DNA of 64,000 nucleotides, taken from assembly GCA_040218735.1 (NCBI GenBank), contig JAVJQW010000055.1, forward strand, positions 64,001 through 128,000. The letters are read 5' to 3'. The translations under genes and the position numbers were made by a program. Numbering within the stretch: the first letter of the stretch is position 1; the number at the start of each line of letters is the position of its first letter. Positions 29,796-38,903 of this stretch are shown one piece after another. A model generated the notes under the pieces. That model saw nothing but the letters and a program-made list of their open reading frames with translations, ran no database searches and had not been told where the DNA came from. This DNA comes from Deltaproteobacteria bacterium. Its GTDB lineage: Bacteria > Myxococcota > Kuafuiibacteriia > Kuafuiibacteriales > Kuafuiibacteriaceae.

Positions 29796-30575
29796 GTGAG
29801 CACGCATTATTTCGTCGGTTGGAGCGTCGGGTCGTGGAACTGCGACGACGCGAAGCGCAAGGACGCGCTCGTCGTCCTCCACCAGCACGACGGAGCGCTG
29901 GAGGTCACGGGGATGCCGCTGCGCACCAACGTGCGCAGCGTGCTCGTGTCCACGCACCGCGAAGAGCTCATCCGACGTCTGCTCGGCGTGTGCAGCGTGC
30001 GCGTGCAAGCTGGCTTGCGCGTGACCCTCGCGGTCGATACGCCGCTCGGTTGGCCGGTCGCGTTCGTCGACCTGTTCACGACACGCCGAGCGCGCGACGT
30101 CCCCGAGGCCGCCGACGACAACCCCGTCCTCTTTCGCACCACGGAGCGCGCGCTCCTCGACCGAGGTTTCAGGCCGCTCTCCGCCGTGCGCGACATGATC
30201 GGCAGCCCGTCCAGCAAGGCGCTGCACTTCCTCAAACGCGTCGGATTCGCGCCGGTCGAACCCGGCGTCTTCCGCGTCGTCTCGCCGCGCACGTCGTCGG
30301 TCTACGAGGCGATCGAGACCATCCCGTCGATCGCCAAACGCAGCGCCACGCTCGCGGAGGCGTTCGCGCCGTTGATCGCGGACCCGCGCATCGAAGCGGT
30401 CGTCGAGGACGACAAACACGCCGCGCAGGACTTCACGAGCGCGGTGTGGTGCGCCCTCGTCGCGCGCCGCTACGTGACCATGCGCGACACACTCTACGTC
30501 CCCGAGGTCGACGTCCCGCCGAACGAAGGCTGGATTTGGATCCCGCGCGACGCCGAGCCGCCGAAGAAGCGCTAA
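29796..30575 (+). CDS. DUF429-family (RNase H-like fold) protein
   Basis: FVGWSVGSWNC, LAVDTPLGWP, NPVLFRTTE, PLSAVRDMIGS, IETIP, EGWIWIP. Confidence 0.8.
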   Translation: MSTHYFVGWSVGSWNCDDAKRKDALVVLHQHDGALEVTGMPLRTNVRSVLVSTHREELIRRLLGVCSVRVQAGLRVTLAVDTPLGWPVAFVDLFTTRRARDVPEAADDNPVLFRTTERALLDRGFRPLSAVRDMIGSPSSKALHFLKRVGFAPVEPGVFRVVSPRTSSVYEAIETIPSIAKRSATLAEAFAPLIADPRIEAVVEDDKHAAQDFTSAVWCALVARRYVTMRDTLYVPEVDVPPNEGWIWIPRDAEPPKKR

Positions 30576-31039
30576 CCCAGGCGCAGATCGGCGGACATGC
30601 GCAGGGCGTCTTCACGCCCTTGGTAGTAGCCCCGCAGTCGCGCGGTCACCGCGTAGCCGCGGGCGGCGTAGAACGCCCGGGCGCCGGTGTTCGACGCCCG
30701 CACCTCGAGCTGAATCGTGCAGATCCCCGCGGTGCGCGCCATCGCCTCCAGGTACCCCATCAACACCGTCGCCAGGCCCCTTCGCCGCGCGCCGGGGCTC
30801 ACCGCGAGGAGGATGAGGTGCGCCTCGTCGGCGTCGTAACGCATCACGCCGAAGGCCACCGGGTGACTCGTTTTGGCGCGGATGACGACGACCTCCGTCT
30901 CCGGGTCGCGCATGCACCGCCTCAGGGCTTCGGGGGTCCAACGCCAGCCCAAGCCGTGTTCGACGAGACGGCGCGACATGTCGGCCAGCACGGGCGCCTC
31001 GCGGATCCGCGCGAGCTCGACCTGGGCCTGCGTCGCCAC
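30572..31039 (-). CDS. RimI-like GNAT N-acetyltransferase
   Basis: EAHLILLAVSPGARRRGLA, LEVRASNTGARAFY, RGYYQGREDALRM. Confidence 0.88.
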   Translation of the reverse strand: MATQAQVELARIREAPVLADMSRRLVEHGLGWRWTPEALRRCMRDPETEVVVIRAKTSHPVAFGVMRYDADEAHLILLAVSPGARRRGLATVLMGYLEAMARTAGICTIQLEVRASNTGARAFYAARGYAVTARLRGYYQGREDALRMSADLRLG

Positions 31040-31112
31040 CCGAACAGGATACACGACCCGCACCGAGGCGGCTCGATTTGGCGCGCGATCCGCCGATGTG
31101 CCTCTTCGGGTC

Positions 31113-32624
31113 ATGGCGAGCTCCGGCGAAGAGATTAGCGATGTCGTTCTGCGTCGCCTGAAGGAGCACGGAGACTTCCCCGCGATGGCCGAGACCATCG
31201 TGAAGGTCAACTCCGTCACCAACGACGAAGACTCTTCCGCGTCCCAGCTCGCGACCGTCATCCTCGAGGACTACTCGCTCACCAACAAGGTGCTGCGCGT
31301 CGTCAACAGCGCCATCTTCGCGCAGACGACGGAGGTCACCACGATCTCCCGCGCGATCGTCGTCCTGGGGTGGAAGTCGATTCAGCGTCTGGTGCTGACC
31401 TTGAAGCTCTTCGACAGTCTGCCGGACGGCGCCGACGCCGAGACCGTGAAGAAGCGACTCGGCACCTCCTTCCTCAGCGGCGTCCTCGCGCGCAACGTCG
31501 CGAACGGAAGCGCCTCCGCGCTCCCCGAGGAGGCGTTCATCTGCGCGCTGTTCCACTCGTTCGGCGAGACCCTCGTGACGTTCTTCCTCCCCGAGAAGGA
31601 CGCCGAGATTCGGCGCCGCGTCGTCGAGCTGAAGAAGGCGCTCGCGCCGTCGGTGCGGCGCGTGCTCGGGATGAGCTACTCGGACGTCGGACGCATCGTC
31701 GCCCGCGAGCTCAACTTCCCCGAGCTGGTGCTCGAGGGCATGAAACCTTCGCCGCGACTGAGGAACCACGGGCAGCCGACGCGCGCGGAGGCCACGACCG
31801 GAATCGCCGCGCTCAGCGGCGCGATGGCGCAGGTGCTCATCGAGGAGGACCCCGACGCGAAGAAGAAGCTCAAGCAGATGATGAAGAGCTTCGAGTCCGC
31901 GTACGGCAAGGTCAGCATCCCGATCGACGACCTCGTCGAGAAGAGTGTCTCGGAGTTCGAGGAGCACGCGGCCGCGATGAACCTGCCCGTGTCGCCGAAG
32001 CGCACCGCGCACCGCGTGCGGCGGAACTACGGCGTGATCGTCGAGCGTGAGAAGGAAGAGGCGCGCGTCGCGAAGAAGGCGACGCAGGTCGAAGAGAAGA
32101 CCGAGCGCATCTTCTCCGACGGCATCCGCGACGCGACGACCTCACTCGTGTCGAAGTCGTCGCTGTCCGAGGTGCTCGTGGTCGTCCTCCAGACGATGTA
32201 CCGAGGCCTGAGCTTCGCCGGCGCCTCGCGCGCGGTGTTCATGATGCGCAACGCCGACACCGAAGAGCTGCGCTACCGCTCGGGCGTCGGCGCGGGGTTG
32301 GAGGACGCCGGCAATTGGCTACGCGTTCCGGCCAAGCGCGGCGGCATCTTCCACGTCGCGCTCGAGCAGCAGAAGGATCTCTACATCGAGTCGCTCCCCG
32401 CCGACGACGCAAAGAGCCTGTTGCCGCCGGCGCTCGAGCACCGGGTGCAGGGCGGCGCGTTCTTCGTGGTGCTCCCGATCGTGGTCGGGAACAGCCCGAT
32501 CGGTGTCTTCAGCATCGACGGCCACGGCGACGCGACGCTGACCGAGAAACACATGAAACACCTGGCCGTCCTGCGGGACCAGGTCGTGCTCGCGATCCGA
32601 CAGTCCTCCTCGAAGGCGGCCTGA
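31113..32624 (+). CDS. HDOD-domain signalling protein with C-terminal GAF-like domain
   Basis: DFPAM...ILEDYSLTNKVLRVVNSA...TISRAIVVLG; EEAFICALFHSFG; C-terminal FVVLPIVVGNSPIGVFSID. Confidence 0.88.
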   Translation: MASSGEEISDVVLRRLKEHGDFPAMAETIVKVNSVTNDEDSSASQLATVILEDYSLTNKVLRVVNSAIFAQTTEVTTISRAIVVLGWKSIQRLVLTLKLFDSLPDGADAETVKKRLGTSFLSGVLARNVANGSASALPEEAFICALFHSFGETLVTFFLPEKDAEIRRRVVELKKALAPSVRRVLGMSYSDVGRIVARELNFPELVLEGMKPSPRLRNHGQPTRAEATTGIAALSGAMAQVLIEEDPDAKKKLKQMMKSFESAYGKVSIPIDDLVEKSVSEFEEHAAAMNLPVSPKRTAHRVRRNYGVIVEREKEEARVAKKATQVEEKTERIFSDGIRDATTSLVSKSSLSEVLVVVLQTMYRGLSFAGASRAVFMMRNADTEELRYRSGVGAGLEDAGNWLRVPAKRGGIFHVALEQQKDLYIESLPADDAKSLLPPALEHRVQGGAFFVVLPIVVGNSPIGVFSIDGHGDATLTEKHMKHLAVLRDQVVLAIRQSSSKAA

Positions 32625-32682
32625 GCGCGCCCGTCGGGCGAATGCCTTGCGCCCGGGCGCCGCTTCGGCGATGCGTCTCGCC

Positions 32683-33231
32683 ATGCGTGGCATCGCTCTG
32701 TTCTCGCTCCTGTTGCTGACCGTCGCGTGTCAGTCGTCCAAGACGACGGCGCCCGCGTCCAAGCCCGCCACCGAACCCGCCGCCAGCGCTTCGCCGCCGC
32801 CGCCGCCGGCGAAGGCGCCGCCCGTCGAGGTCGCGCCCCCCACCGGCGCGGAGCCCACGCCGGCGGGTCCGCGTCCGTGTGCGTCGTCGTCGGAGTGTGG
32901 CAAGGGCGAGCGCTGCACGACGGAGTCGGGCGCTTGCGACAAGCCGCCGGGCTGCGGCGCGGGGGATATCTGTCCGCAGGTTTGTTACGGCGTGTGTGCG
33001 TCGGGCTCCGCTTCGACGAAGCCCCCGGCCACGCAGTGCAAGGCCGACGCGGACTGTCGGACCTACAGCGACTACTGCGAAGGCTGTAACTGCCGGGTCC
33101 TCGCCAAGGGGGAGGACGCACCCAAGTGTGCGACGAAGCCCGTCAACTGCATCGCGGATCCATGCATGAGGCAGCGCGCGTCCTGCGTGAAGGGCCGCTG
33201 CGCGCTGTTGTCGACCGCCGACGAGGAGTGA
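32683..33231 (+). CDS. Cys-rich lipoprotein
   Basis: Lipobox TVAC, Pro/Ala linker, two disulfide-rich modules (C..EC...C...CPQVCYGVC; CKADADC...CEGCNC...CIADPC...CVKGRC). Confidence 0.8.
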   Translation: MRGIALFSLLLLTVACQSSKTTAPASKPATEPAASASPPPPPAKAPPVEVAPPTGAEPTPAGPRPCASSSECGKGERCTTESGACDKPPGCGAGDICPQVCYGVCASGSASTKPPATQCKADADCRTYSDYCEGCNCRVLAKGEDAPKCATKPVNCIADPCMRQRASCVKGRCALLSTADEE

Positions 33232-33262
33232 CGCCGCTCGGACTTCGCGGTAGATCCGCCGC

Positions 33263-34279
33263 GTGCAGGTCTACGAAGTCCAAGAGGCGTTCGGTCTCGA
33301 CCACCTGAAGCTCACCGAGCGCCCCGATCCGAAGCCCGGCCGGCGGCAGGTCGTGGTCGCCGTGAAGGCGGCGTCGATCAACTACCGCGACCTGATGATG
33401 GTGCAGGGGTCGTACAACCCCAAGCTGAAGCTCCCGTTCGTCCCGCTCTCCGACGGCATGGGCGAGGTCGTCGCCGTAGGCGACGCCGTGACCCGCGCGG
33501 CGGTCGGTGACCGCGTCGCCGTGGCGTTCTTCGAAGACTGGATCGCGCGCCCCGTTCCGCCCGACCGGCGTCTTCACCGCGTCGCGCGCGGCGGACCCGT
33601 GGACGGGATGCTCACGAAGATGGCCGTGGTCTCGGAGGAAGCGGTGACGCCGGCCCCGAGCAACCTCACCAACGCGGAGGTCGCGACGCTCCCCTGCGCG
33701 GCGCTCACCGCGTGGAGCGCGCTGGTCTCGCAGGGCGAGGTGGGCCCGGGTCAGTGGGTCGTGGTGCAGGGTACCGGCGGCGTGTCACTCTTCGCGCTGC
33801 AGTTCGCCAAGAAGCTCGGGGCGCGCGTGATCGTGACGTCGTCGAGCGAGGAGAAGCTCGCGCGCGCGCGCTCGCTCGGCGCGGACCACGGCATCAACTA
33901 CAAGACGACGCCCGACTGGGGCAAAGCGGTCGCGAAACACACGACCCACGGCGCGGACCACGTGCTGGAGGTCGGCGGCGCGGGGACGCTCCAGCAGTCC
34001 CTCGTCGCGGTGCGTCCGGGCGGGCACATCAGCGTCATCGGCGTGCTGTCGGGCGTGAAGTCGGACCTGAACGTGGTGCCGATCCTGATGAACAACATCC
34101 GCCTGCAGGGCGTCCACGTCGGCTCGCGCACCGAGTTCGAAGCGATGAACCGGGCGATCGAACAGCAGAACCTCAAGCCGGTGGTAGACCGAATCTTCCC
34201 GTTCGAGGACGCGCCGCGCGCGTTCCGCTACGTCGAGGAGGCGAAGCACTTCGGGAAGGTTTGTATCTCGATGGAGTGA
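33263..34279 (+). CDS. NAD(P)-dependent MDR-family alcohol dehydrogenase/quinone reductase
   Basis: SINYRDL, PLSDGMGEV, ATLPCAALTAW, QGTGGVSLFALQ, HFGKV. Confidence 0.93.
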   Translation: MQVYEVQEAFGLDHLKLTERPDPKPGRRQVVVAVKAASINYRDLMMVQGSYNPKLKLPFVPLSDGMGEVVAVGDAVTRAAVGDRVAVAFFEDWIARPVPPDRRLHRVARGGPVDGMLTKMAVVSEEAVTPAPSNLTNAEVATLPCAALTAWSALVSQGEVGPGQWVVVQGTGGVSLFALQFAKKLGARVIVTSSSEEKLARARSLGADHGINYKTTPDWGKAVAKHTTHGADHVLEVGGAGTLQQSLVAVRPGGHISVIGVLSGVKSDLNVVPILMNNIRLQGVHVGSRTEFEAMNRAIEQQNLKPVVDRIFPFEDAPRAFRYVEEAKHFGKVCISME

Positions 34280-35149
34280 TCAAACGTACCGCCCCACGAT
34301 CCCCATCGCCTGCCCGACATACCCTCCGCCGAACAGCAGCGCGTGATTCATCACGTGGTACAGCTGGTACAACGCGTTCCGCGCCCGCCACCCATCCAGG
34401 GGCCGGACCTCCGCGTAAGCGTCATAGGTACGCGCGGAGAACCCACCGAACAAAGTCATCATCCCCAGCTCCGCCTCCGGGTGTGCGTAGGCCACGGCCG
34501 GGTCGATCAGCGCCGGCCGCGCGCCGTCGGCGTGCAGGTTCCCGCTCCACAGATCCCCGTGAATCAGCGCCGGAGGGTGCTCGACCAACAACTCATCCAA
34601 TCGCGAAAGCAGCCGCTCGATCCGCTTCGCGTCGCCCCGCGAATAAATACCCGCCTGCACGCCTTCCCGAAGCTGATATCCGAGCCGGTGCTCTCGATAG
34701 AACTCCACCCACCCGGAAGTCGCCGCGTTCGGCTGCAGAGTCAGGCCGCAGTAGGTGTCGATCTCGAACCCATAGGTTCGGCGCGTCGCGCCGTGTAACT
34801 CGGCCAGCCCGCGCCCGAGCACCTCGTCGAAGTCCGCCGTCCGTCGCCCGGGCTCCAGATATGTCGTCACCAGGAACCCCGCGGCCCCCGCGACCGGATC
34901 CTCGAAGGCGATCACCTCCGGGATCACCAGCGAGGTCGCCGCGGCGCGCATCGCCTCCAGCCCTGCGGCCTCCGCGGAGAAGATCGCGCTGGGCGTCGCG
35001 TTCGACTTCAGGAAGAACGTCCCCGCGTCCGTGTCGATGCGCGCGGCCTCGTTGATACACCCGCCGCCGAGTTGTGACTGATCGCGAACGTGGACGCTGC
35101 GTCCGAGCGCTCGACTCAGCGCCGCCTCGACGCGCGCCTGCAGCGTCAC
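34280..35149 (-). CDS. Fructosamine/ribulosamine kinase family protein
   Basis: GGGCINEA, FFLKSN, AEAAGL, LIHGDLWSGN, IDPA, FGGF, LYHVMNH. Confidence 0.92.
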   Translation of the reverse strand: MTLQARVEAALSRALGRSVHVRDQSQLGGGCINEAARIDTDAGTFFLKSNATPSAIFSAEAAGLEAMRAAATSLVIPEVIAFEDPVAGAAGFLVTTYLEPGRRTADFDEVLGRGLAELHGATRRTYGFEIDTYCGLTLQPNAATSGWVEFYREHRLGYQLREGVQAGIYSRGDAKRIERLLSRLDELLVEHPPALIHGDLWSGNLHADGARPALIDPAVAYAHPEAELGMMTLFGGFSARTYDAYAEVRPLDGWRARNALYQLYHVMNHALLFGGGYVGQAMGIVGRYV

Positions 35150-35607
35150 GCCTCGAGCTCGTCGGCGATGCGGTTGGCGCAGCGCTCCACGATGCGAACG
35201 ACCTCGTCGAACCCCTCCGGTCCCCCGTAGTACGGATCCGGCGTGTCGGGGTCGGCGCCTTCGTTGTCGTAGCTACGGAACAGCTTCACCCGCTCGGCGT
35301 ACTCGGGGGGGCACATCGCCATCAGGTCGGAGAGGTTGTCGCGGTCCATGGCGAGCACGAGGTCGAACGCTTCGAAGTCTTCGACGCGCACCTGCCGTGC
35401 CTGACCGCCGAGGGTGTAGCCGTGTTTCTTGGCGGCCTGCTTCATCCGGCGGTCTGGCGGGTTGCCGACGTGCCACGCGCCGGTCCCCGCGCTGTCGATC
35501 TCGACGCGGTCTTCGAGGCCCCGACGCTTCACGATCGCGCGGAACAGCCCCTCCGCGGTGGGGGAGCGACAGATGTTCCCGAGGCAGACGAACAGGATGC
35601 GTTTCAT
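35146..35607 (-). CDS. Low-molecular-weight protein tyrosine phosphatase
   Basis: FVCLGNICRSPTAE, DSAGT, DPYYGG. Confidence 0.96.
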   Translation of the reverse strand: MKRILFVCLGNICRSPTAEGLFRAIVKRRGLEDRVEIDSAGTGAWHVGNPPDRRMKQAAKKHGYTLGGQARQVRVEDFEAFDLVLAMDRDNLSDLMAMCPPEYAERVKLFRSYDNEGADPDTPDPYYGGPEGFDEVVRIVERCANRIADELEA

Positions 35608-35617
35608 CGCGTCGACT

Positions 35618-36466
35618 CTACTTCTTCTTCAGCTTCGCGTCGGCGCGCGCCCACTTCGCGTCGAATGCGACACCCTTCGCGTCGAGGTCCACGACCACCG
35701 GGGTGTGGTCGGAGGGGATCGGCTTGCCCTTGCGCGCCTCGCGGTCGATCTCGGTCCACACCGCGCGCTCGACGACGGCCGCGGAGGACATCAGCAGGTC
35801 GATGCGCATCCCCATGTTCTTGTGGAACGCGCCCTGCCGGTAGTCCCACCAGCTGTACCGGTTCCCCTCGGGGTGCTGCGCTCGGTACACGTCGACGAGC
35901 CCCGCCGCCTCCAGGTTCGCGATGCGCTCGCGCTCCGCGCCCGAGACGTGGGTGCCGCCGTGGCACTTCTCGGCGTCCCAGACGTCGATGTCCGCGGGCG
36001 CGACGTTGTAGTCACCGCCGACGATCAGCGCGTCGGCGCCCTCGTCCTCGACCCACTTCACCAGCCGGTCGAGCCACTCGAGTTTCTTCGCGTAGAACGG
36101 CGAGTCGACCTGGCGCCCGTTCGGCACGTACACACTCACCAGGCGGACGCCGTCGATCGTCGCGGCGATCATCCGCGCCTCGGTGAAGGGGTCCTCGGGA
36201 TCCACCTCGGTCGCGACCGGGTCACCGAAGTTCACGACGAGATCCGAAGCCTCGGACTTCGTCGCGATCGCCACTCCGTTCCATCGCCCCTGCCCGTGGT
36301 GATGGAACGTGTAACCCATCTTCTCGAAGGCCTCGTGCGGGCCGTCTTCGTCGGCGAGCTTCGTCTCTTGGATCAGCAGTACGTCCGGGGCTGCCCGTTC
36401 GATCCACCACTCGACTTTACCGAGCCGCGCGCCCAGGGAGTTCACGTTCCACGTCGCGATCCGCAT
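35618..36466 (-). CDS. xth: Exodeoxyribonuclease III / AP endonuclease
   Basis: MRIATWNVNS, QETK, SVYVPNG, GDYNVAP, YSWWDYR, RIDL, SDHTP. Confidence 0.95.
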   Translation of the reverse strand: MRIATWNVNSLGARLGKVEWWIERAAPDVLLIQETKLADEDGPHEAFEKMGYTFHHHGQGRWNGVAIATKSEASDLVVNFGDPVATEVDPEDPFTEARMIAATIDGVRLVSVYVPNGRQVDSPFYAKKLEWLDRLVKWVEDEGADALIVGGDYNVAPADIDVWDAEKCHGGTHVSGAERERIANLEAAGLVDVYRAQHPEGNRYSWWDYRQGAFHKNMGMRIDLLMSSAAVVERAVWTEIDREARKGKPIPSDHTPVVVDLDAKGVAFDAKWARADAKLKKK

Positions 36467-36570
36467 CGGGCCGGGACCGTCGTCCAACCGACCCGCCCGA
36501 GTCCACCCCGCATCGAGCGCCGACGGTTCATGCCCTTGGATGTGCTGATGACCAGACGTAGTCTCCCCGC

Positions 36571-38079
36571 ATGTCACGCCATCCCTTCGTTCCCTTACTC
36601 GTCGTCGGGCTCACGGCGGCCTGCATCGTGGAAGACAGCGATGGTCCAGGTCCTCAGGGTGAGATGGGTGCGCCGGGCGCGATGGGCGCCATGGGCGCGA
36701 TGGGCGAAAACGGTATGCCGGGCGACGATGGCTTTTCGAGCCTCGTCATCACGCGCACCGAGGGAAACTGCGTCGTGATCGAGACCGGGCTCGACACAAA
36801 TCGCAATGGTCAGCTCGACGCCAGCGAGCTCACCGCGGGGACGTCTTCGACGCTGTGCGAGAGCGTGCCCGCGGAGGTGACCGCGCTCTCCCAGCGCATC
36901 GATTCACTCGAGGGCGCGGTCATTTCGACGCCCGCCGTGATCACGGTGCGCGGTGGGGTGAGTACGTCCACGAGCACGTTTCCCAACCTCGATGGTGTGC
37001 TCTCGTTCCTCTCGTCGCGCCGACTCGGCGGTCAGGGGCTGCTCACCATTCAGGTCGAGCGCGGTCGCTACATGTTCTCGGAGCCGCTCACCTTCGACCA
37101 TCCGGATGGCGGGCGAATTCTGATCATCGGCGACGAGGCCGACCCCGGCACGGTCGACCTGATCTTTCAGCAGTCGAACGGGCTCGAGGTGCAGGGCGGC
37201 GCCACCCTCGCGAGGTTCTCCGGATTCGAGCTCGGCTATCAGGGCGCCGCGAGTGAGGCGCGAGGAATCGTCGTGACCCAGCACAGCGAGCTCGGCCTGG
37301 GCGCCGTCATCGTCAGCGACTTTCCTGGGGTCGGGATCCTCGTCGAGCGCCAGTCGGCCGTCACCCCCGTCGACCGCCAAGTGAGCTCGGGCGAGCCGAC
37401 GCTACCGGCGGTCGTCGCTTGTCCGGGAGCCGCATGCGGCGGCGTCGGTGTCCGCGTCACGGAGCGATCACTCGCGGAGTTCGTGAACACGCGGACTCCG
37501 GACGTCGGTCTGAACGTCACGGGCTTCGGCTCCGACGGAGTCGAGGTCTCGCGACAGTCGACGATGGTCGCGGACTTCCTGCGAAGCGCGAACCACGGCG
37601 GGCGCGGGATCCTCGTCGACTCGATGTCCATGATCATCGCCGACGATGCGACGGTGGCCTCGAACGTCGGGGACGCGGTGTTCGTTCAGCACAACGGTAC
37701 CGCTCGCCTCCATCGCCTGGAGGTGACCGGCAGCGGCGTGGCCGTGGCCGTCGAGGTTCGCAACGCCGCCTACGCATACATCTCGGCCTGTTCGCTCGAC
37801 GCGACCGACATCGGGATTCGCGCCGGCGAGAACTCGACGGTGATCGCCGATGGCTGCGAAATCGACGCTGACGAGGACGGCGTGCTCGCCATCGACCGCG
37901 CCTACGTCGACATCCGCAGCGTCACGGTCGGCGCGACCTCGGCTCCGATGCGCGGGGTGACCGCCCGAACCGGGGCCTACATCAACGCGGACGGCTCGAC
38001 GGTGAACGGATCGAACGCGACGTTCACTCCGGACGTGAACACCCCCGGTTCCGCGCACCAGTTCATCCACTGGCTCTGA
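36571..38079 (+). CDS. Lipoprotein with short collagen-like repeat, Ca-binding-like loop and right-handed beta-helix
   Basis: Lipobox TAAC; GPQGEMGAPGAMGAMGAMGENGMPG; GLDTNRNGQLDASE; repeated G-I/V-x-V-x-x-x-S beta-helix units. Confidence 0.8.
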   Translation: MSRHPFVPLLVVGLTAACIVEDSDGPGPQGEMGAPGAMGAMGAMGENGMPGDDGFSSLVITRTEGNCVVIETGLDTNRNGQLDASELTAGTSSTLCESVPAEVTALSQRIDSLEGAVISTPAVITVRGGVSTSTSTFPNLDGVLSFLSSRRLGGQGLLTIQVERGRYMFSEPLTFDHPDGGRILIIGDEADPGTVDLIFQQSNGLEVQGGATLARFSGFELGYQGAASEARGIVVTQHSELGLGAVIVSDFPGVGILVERQSAVTPVDRQVSSGEPTLPAVVACPGAACGGVGVRVTERSLAEFVNTRTPDVGLNVTGFGSDGVEVSRQSTMVADFLRSANHGGRGILVDSMSMIIADDATVASNVGDAVFVQHNGTARLHRLEVTGSGVAVAVEVRNAAYAYISACSLDATDIGIRAGENSTVIADGCEIDADEDGVLAIDRAYVDIRSVTVGATSAPMRGVTARTGAYINADGSTVNGSNATFTPDVNTPGSAHQFIHWL

Positions 38080-38086
38080 ACGAGGT

Positions 38087-38896
38087 TCAGCGCATCGCGA
38101 GGGCGGGGGTGGACTCCGCGTTGTCGACCTGGAAGACCGCGTGGTCCTCGACGCGCACCGCGGTGAGCTGGTGGCCCCAGACGCACCCCGAGTCGAGCGC
38201 GATGACCTGCTGCCAGCAGTGGTGGCCGAGCGCGGCCCAGTGGCCGAACATCACGACCTCGTCGGCCGTCTTGCGGCCGGGGACTTCGAACCACGCGCGG
38301 TAGCCGGGTGGGGCGTCTTCGAGCGCGCGCTTGAACTCGAACGCGGGGCGATCGTCGGGGTCCACGATCCGGATCAGCGTGCAGACGCTGACCGTCTTGC
38401 CGGGCCGCTCGTACTCGGGCGCGCGTTTCTTCGTCCACATCGACGCGAGCAACTCGGTCCACGCGTCGCTCGTCAGGATCGCTTGCACCTCGGCCGAGCG
38501 CTCCAGCGCGATCGCCTTCGTCCAGCTCGGGAGCAGCCCTGCGTGCACGACCATGTGCCCGGCCCGCTCGAACACCAGCGGCTGTTCCCGCAGCCAACCG
38601 ACGAGCTCGTCGCGGTCGTCCGCCTTCATGAGCGCGTCGAGTGTGTCGCGTTTGCCGGCGCGGCGAACGCCGGCCACGCGCCCGAGGAAGTGCAGCTCGT
38701 GGTTGCCGAGGACCATCCGCACCGAGTCGCGGTGCTGGTACGCGAAGCGCAGCGCTTCCAGCGAGCCAGGCCCGCGGTTGATCAGATCCCCCGCGAACCA
38801 GAGCTCGTCCTGCTTCGGGTCGAACGCGATCGCCTGCAGCAGGATCTCGAGCGTCTCGAAGCAGCCCTGCACATCACCGATCGCGTACGTCGCCAT
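38087..38896 (-). CDS. apaH: Symmetrical bis(5'-nucleosyl)-tetraphosphatase
   Basis: MATYAIGDVQGC, GDLINRGPGSL, LGNHELH, VHAGLLP, FGHWAALG, LDSGCVWG. Confidence 0.95.
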   Translation of the reverse strand: MATYAIGDVQGCFETLEILLQAIAFDPKQDELWFAGDLINRGPGSLEALRFAYQHRDSVRMVLGNHELHFLGRVAGVRRAGKRDTLDALMKADDRDELVGWLREQPLVFERAGHMVVHAGLLPSWTKAIALERSAEVQAILTSDAWTELLASMWTKKRAPEYERPGKTVSVCTLIRIVDPDDRPAFEFKRALEDAPPGYRAWFEVPGRKTADEVVMFGHWAALGHHCWQQVIALDSGCVWGHQLTAVRVEDHAVFQVDNAESTPALAMR

Positions 38897-38903
38897 GGCC
38901 CTC

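Noticed and set aside
36660-36725. 9-bp ATGGGCGCN tandem repeat
   Set aside because: Codes for the collagen-like GAM triplets within a CDS.
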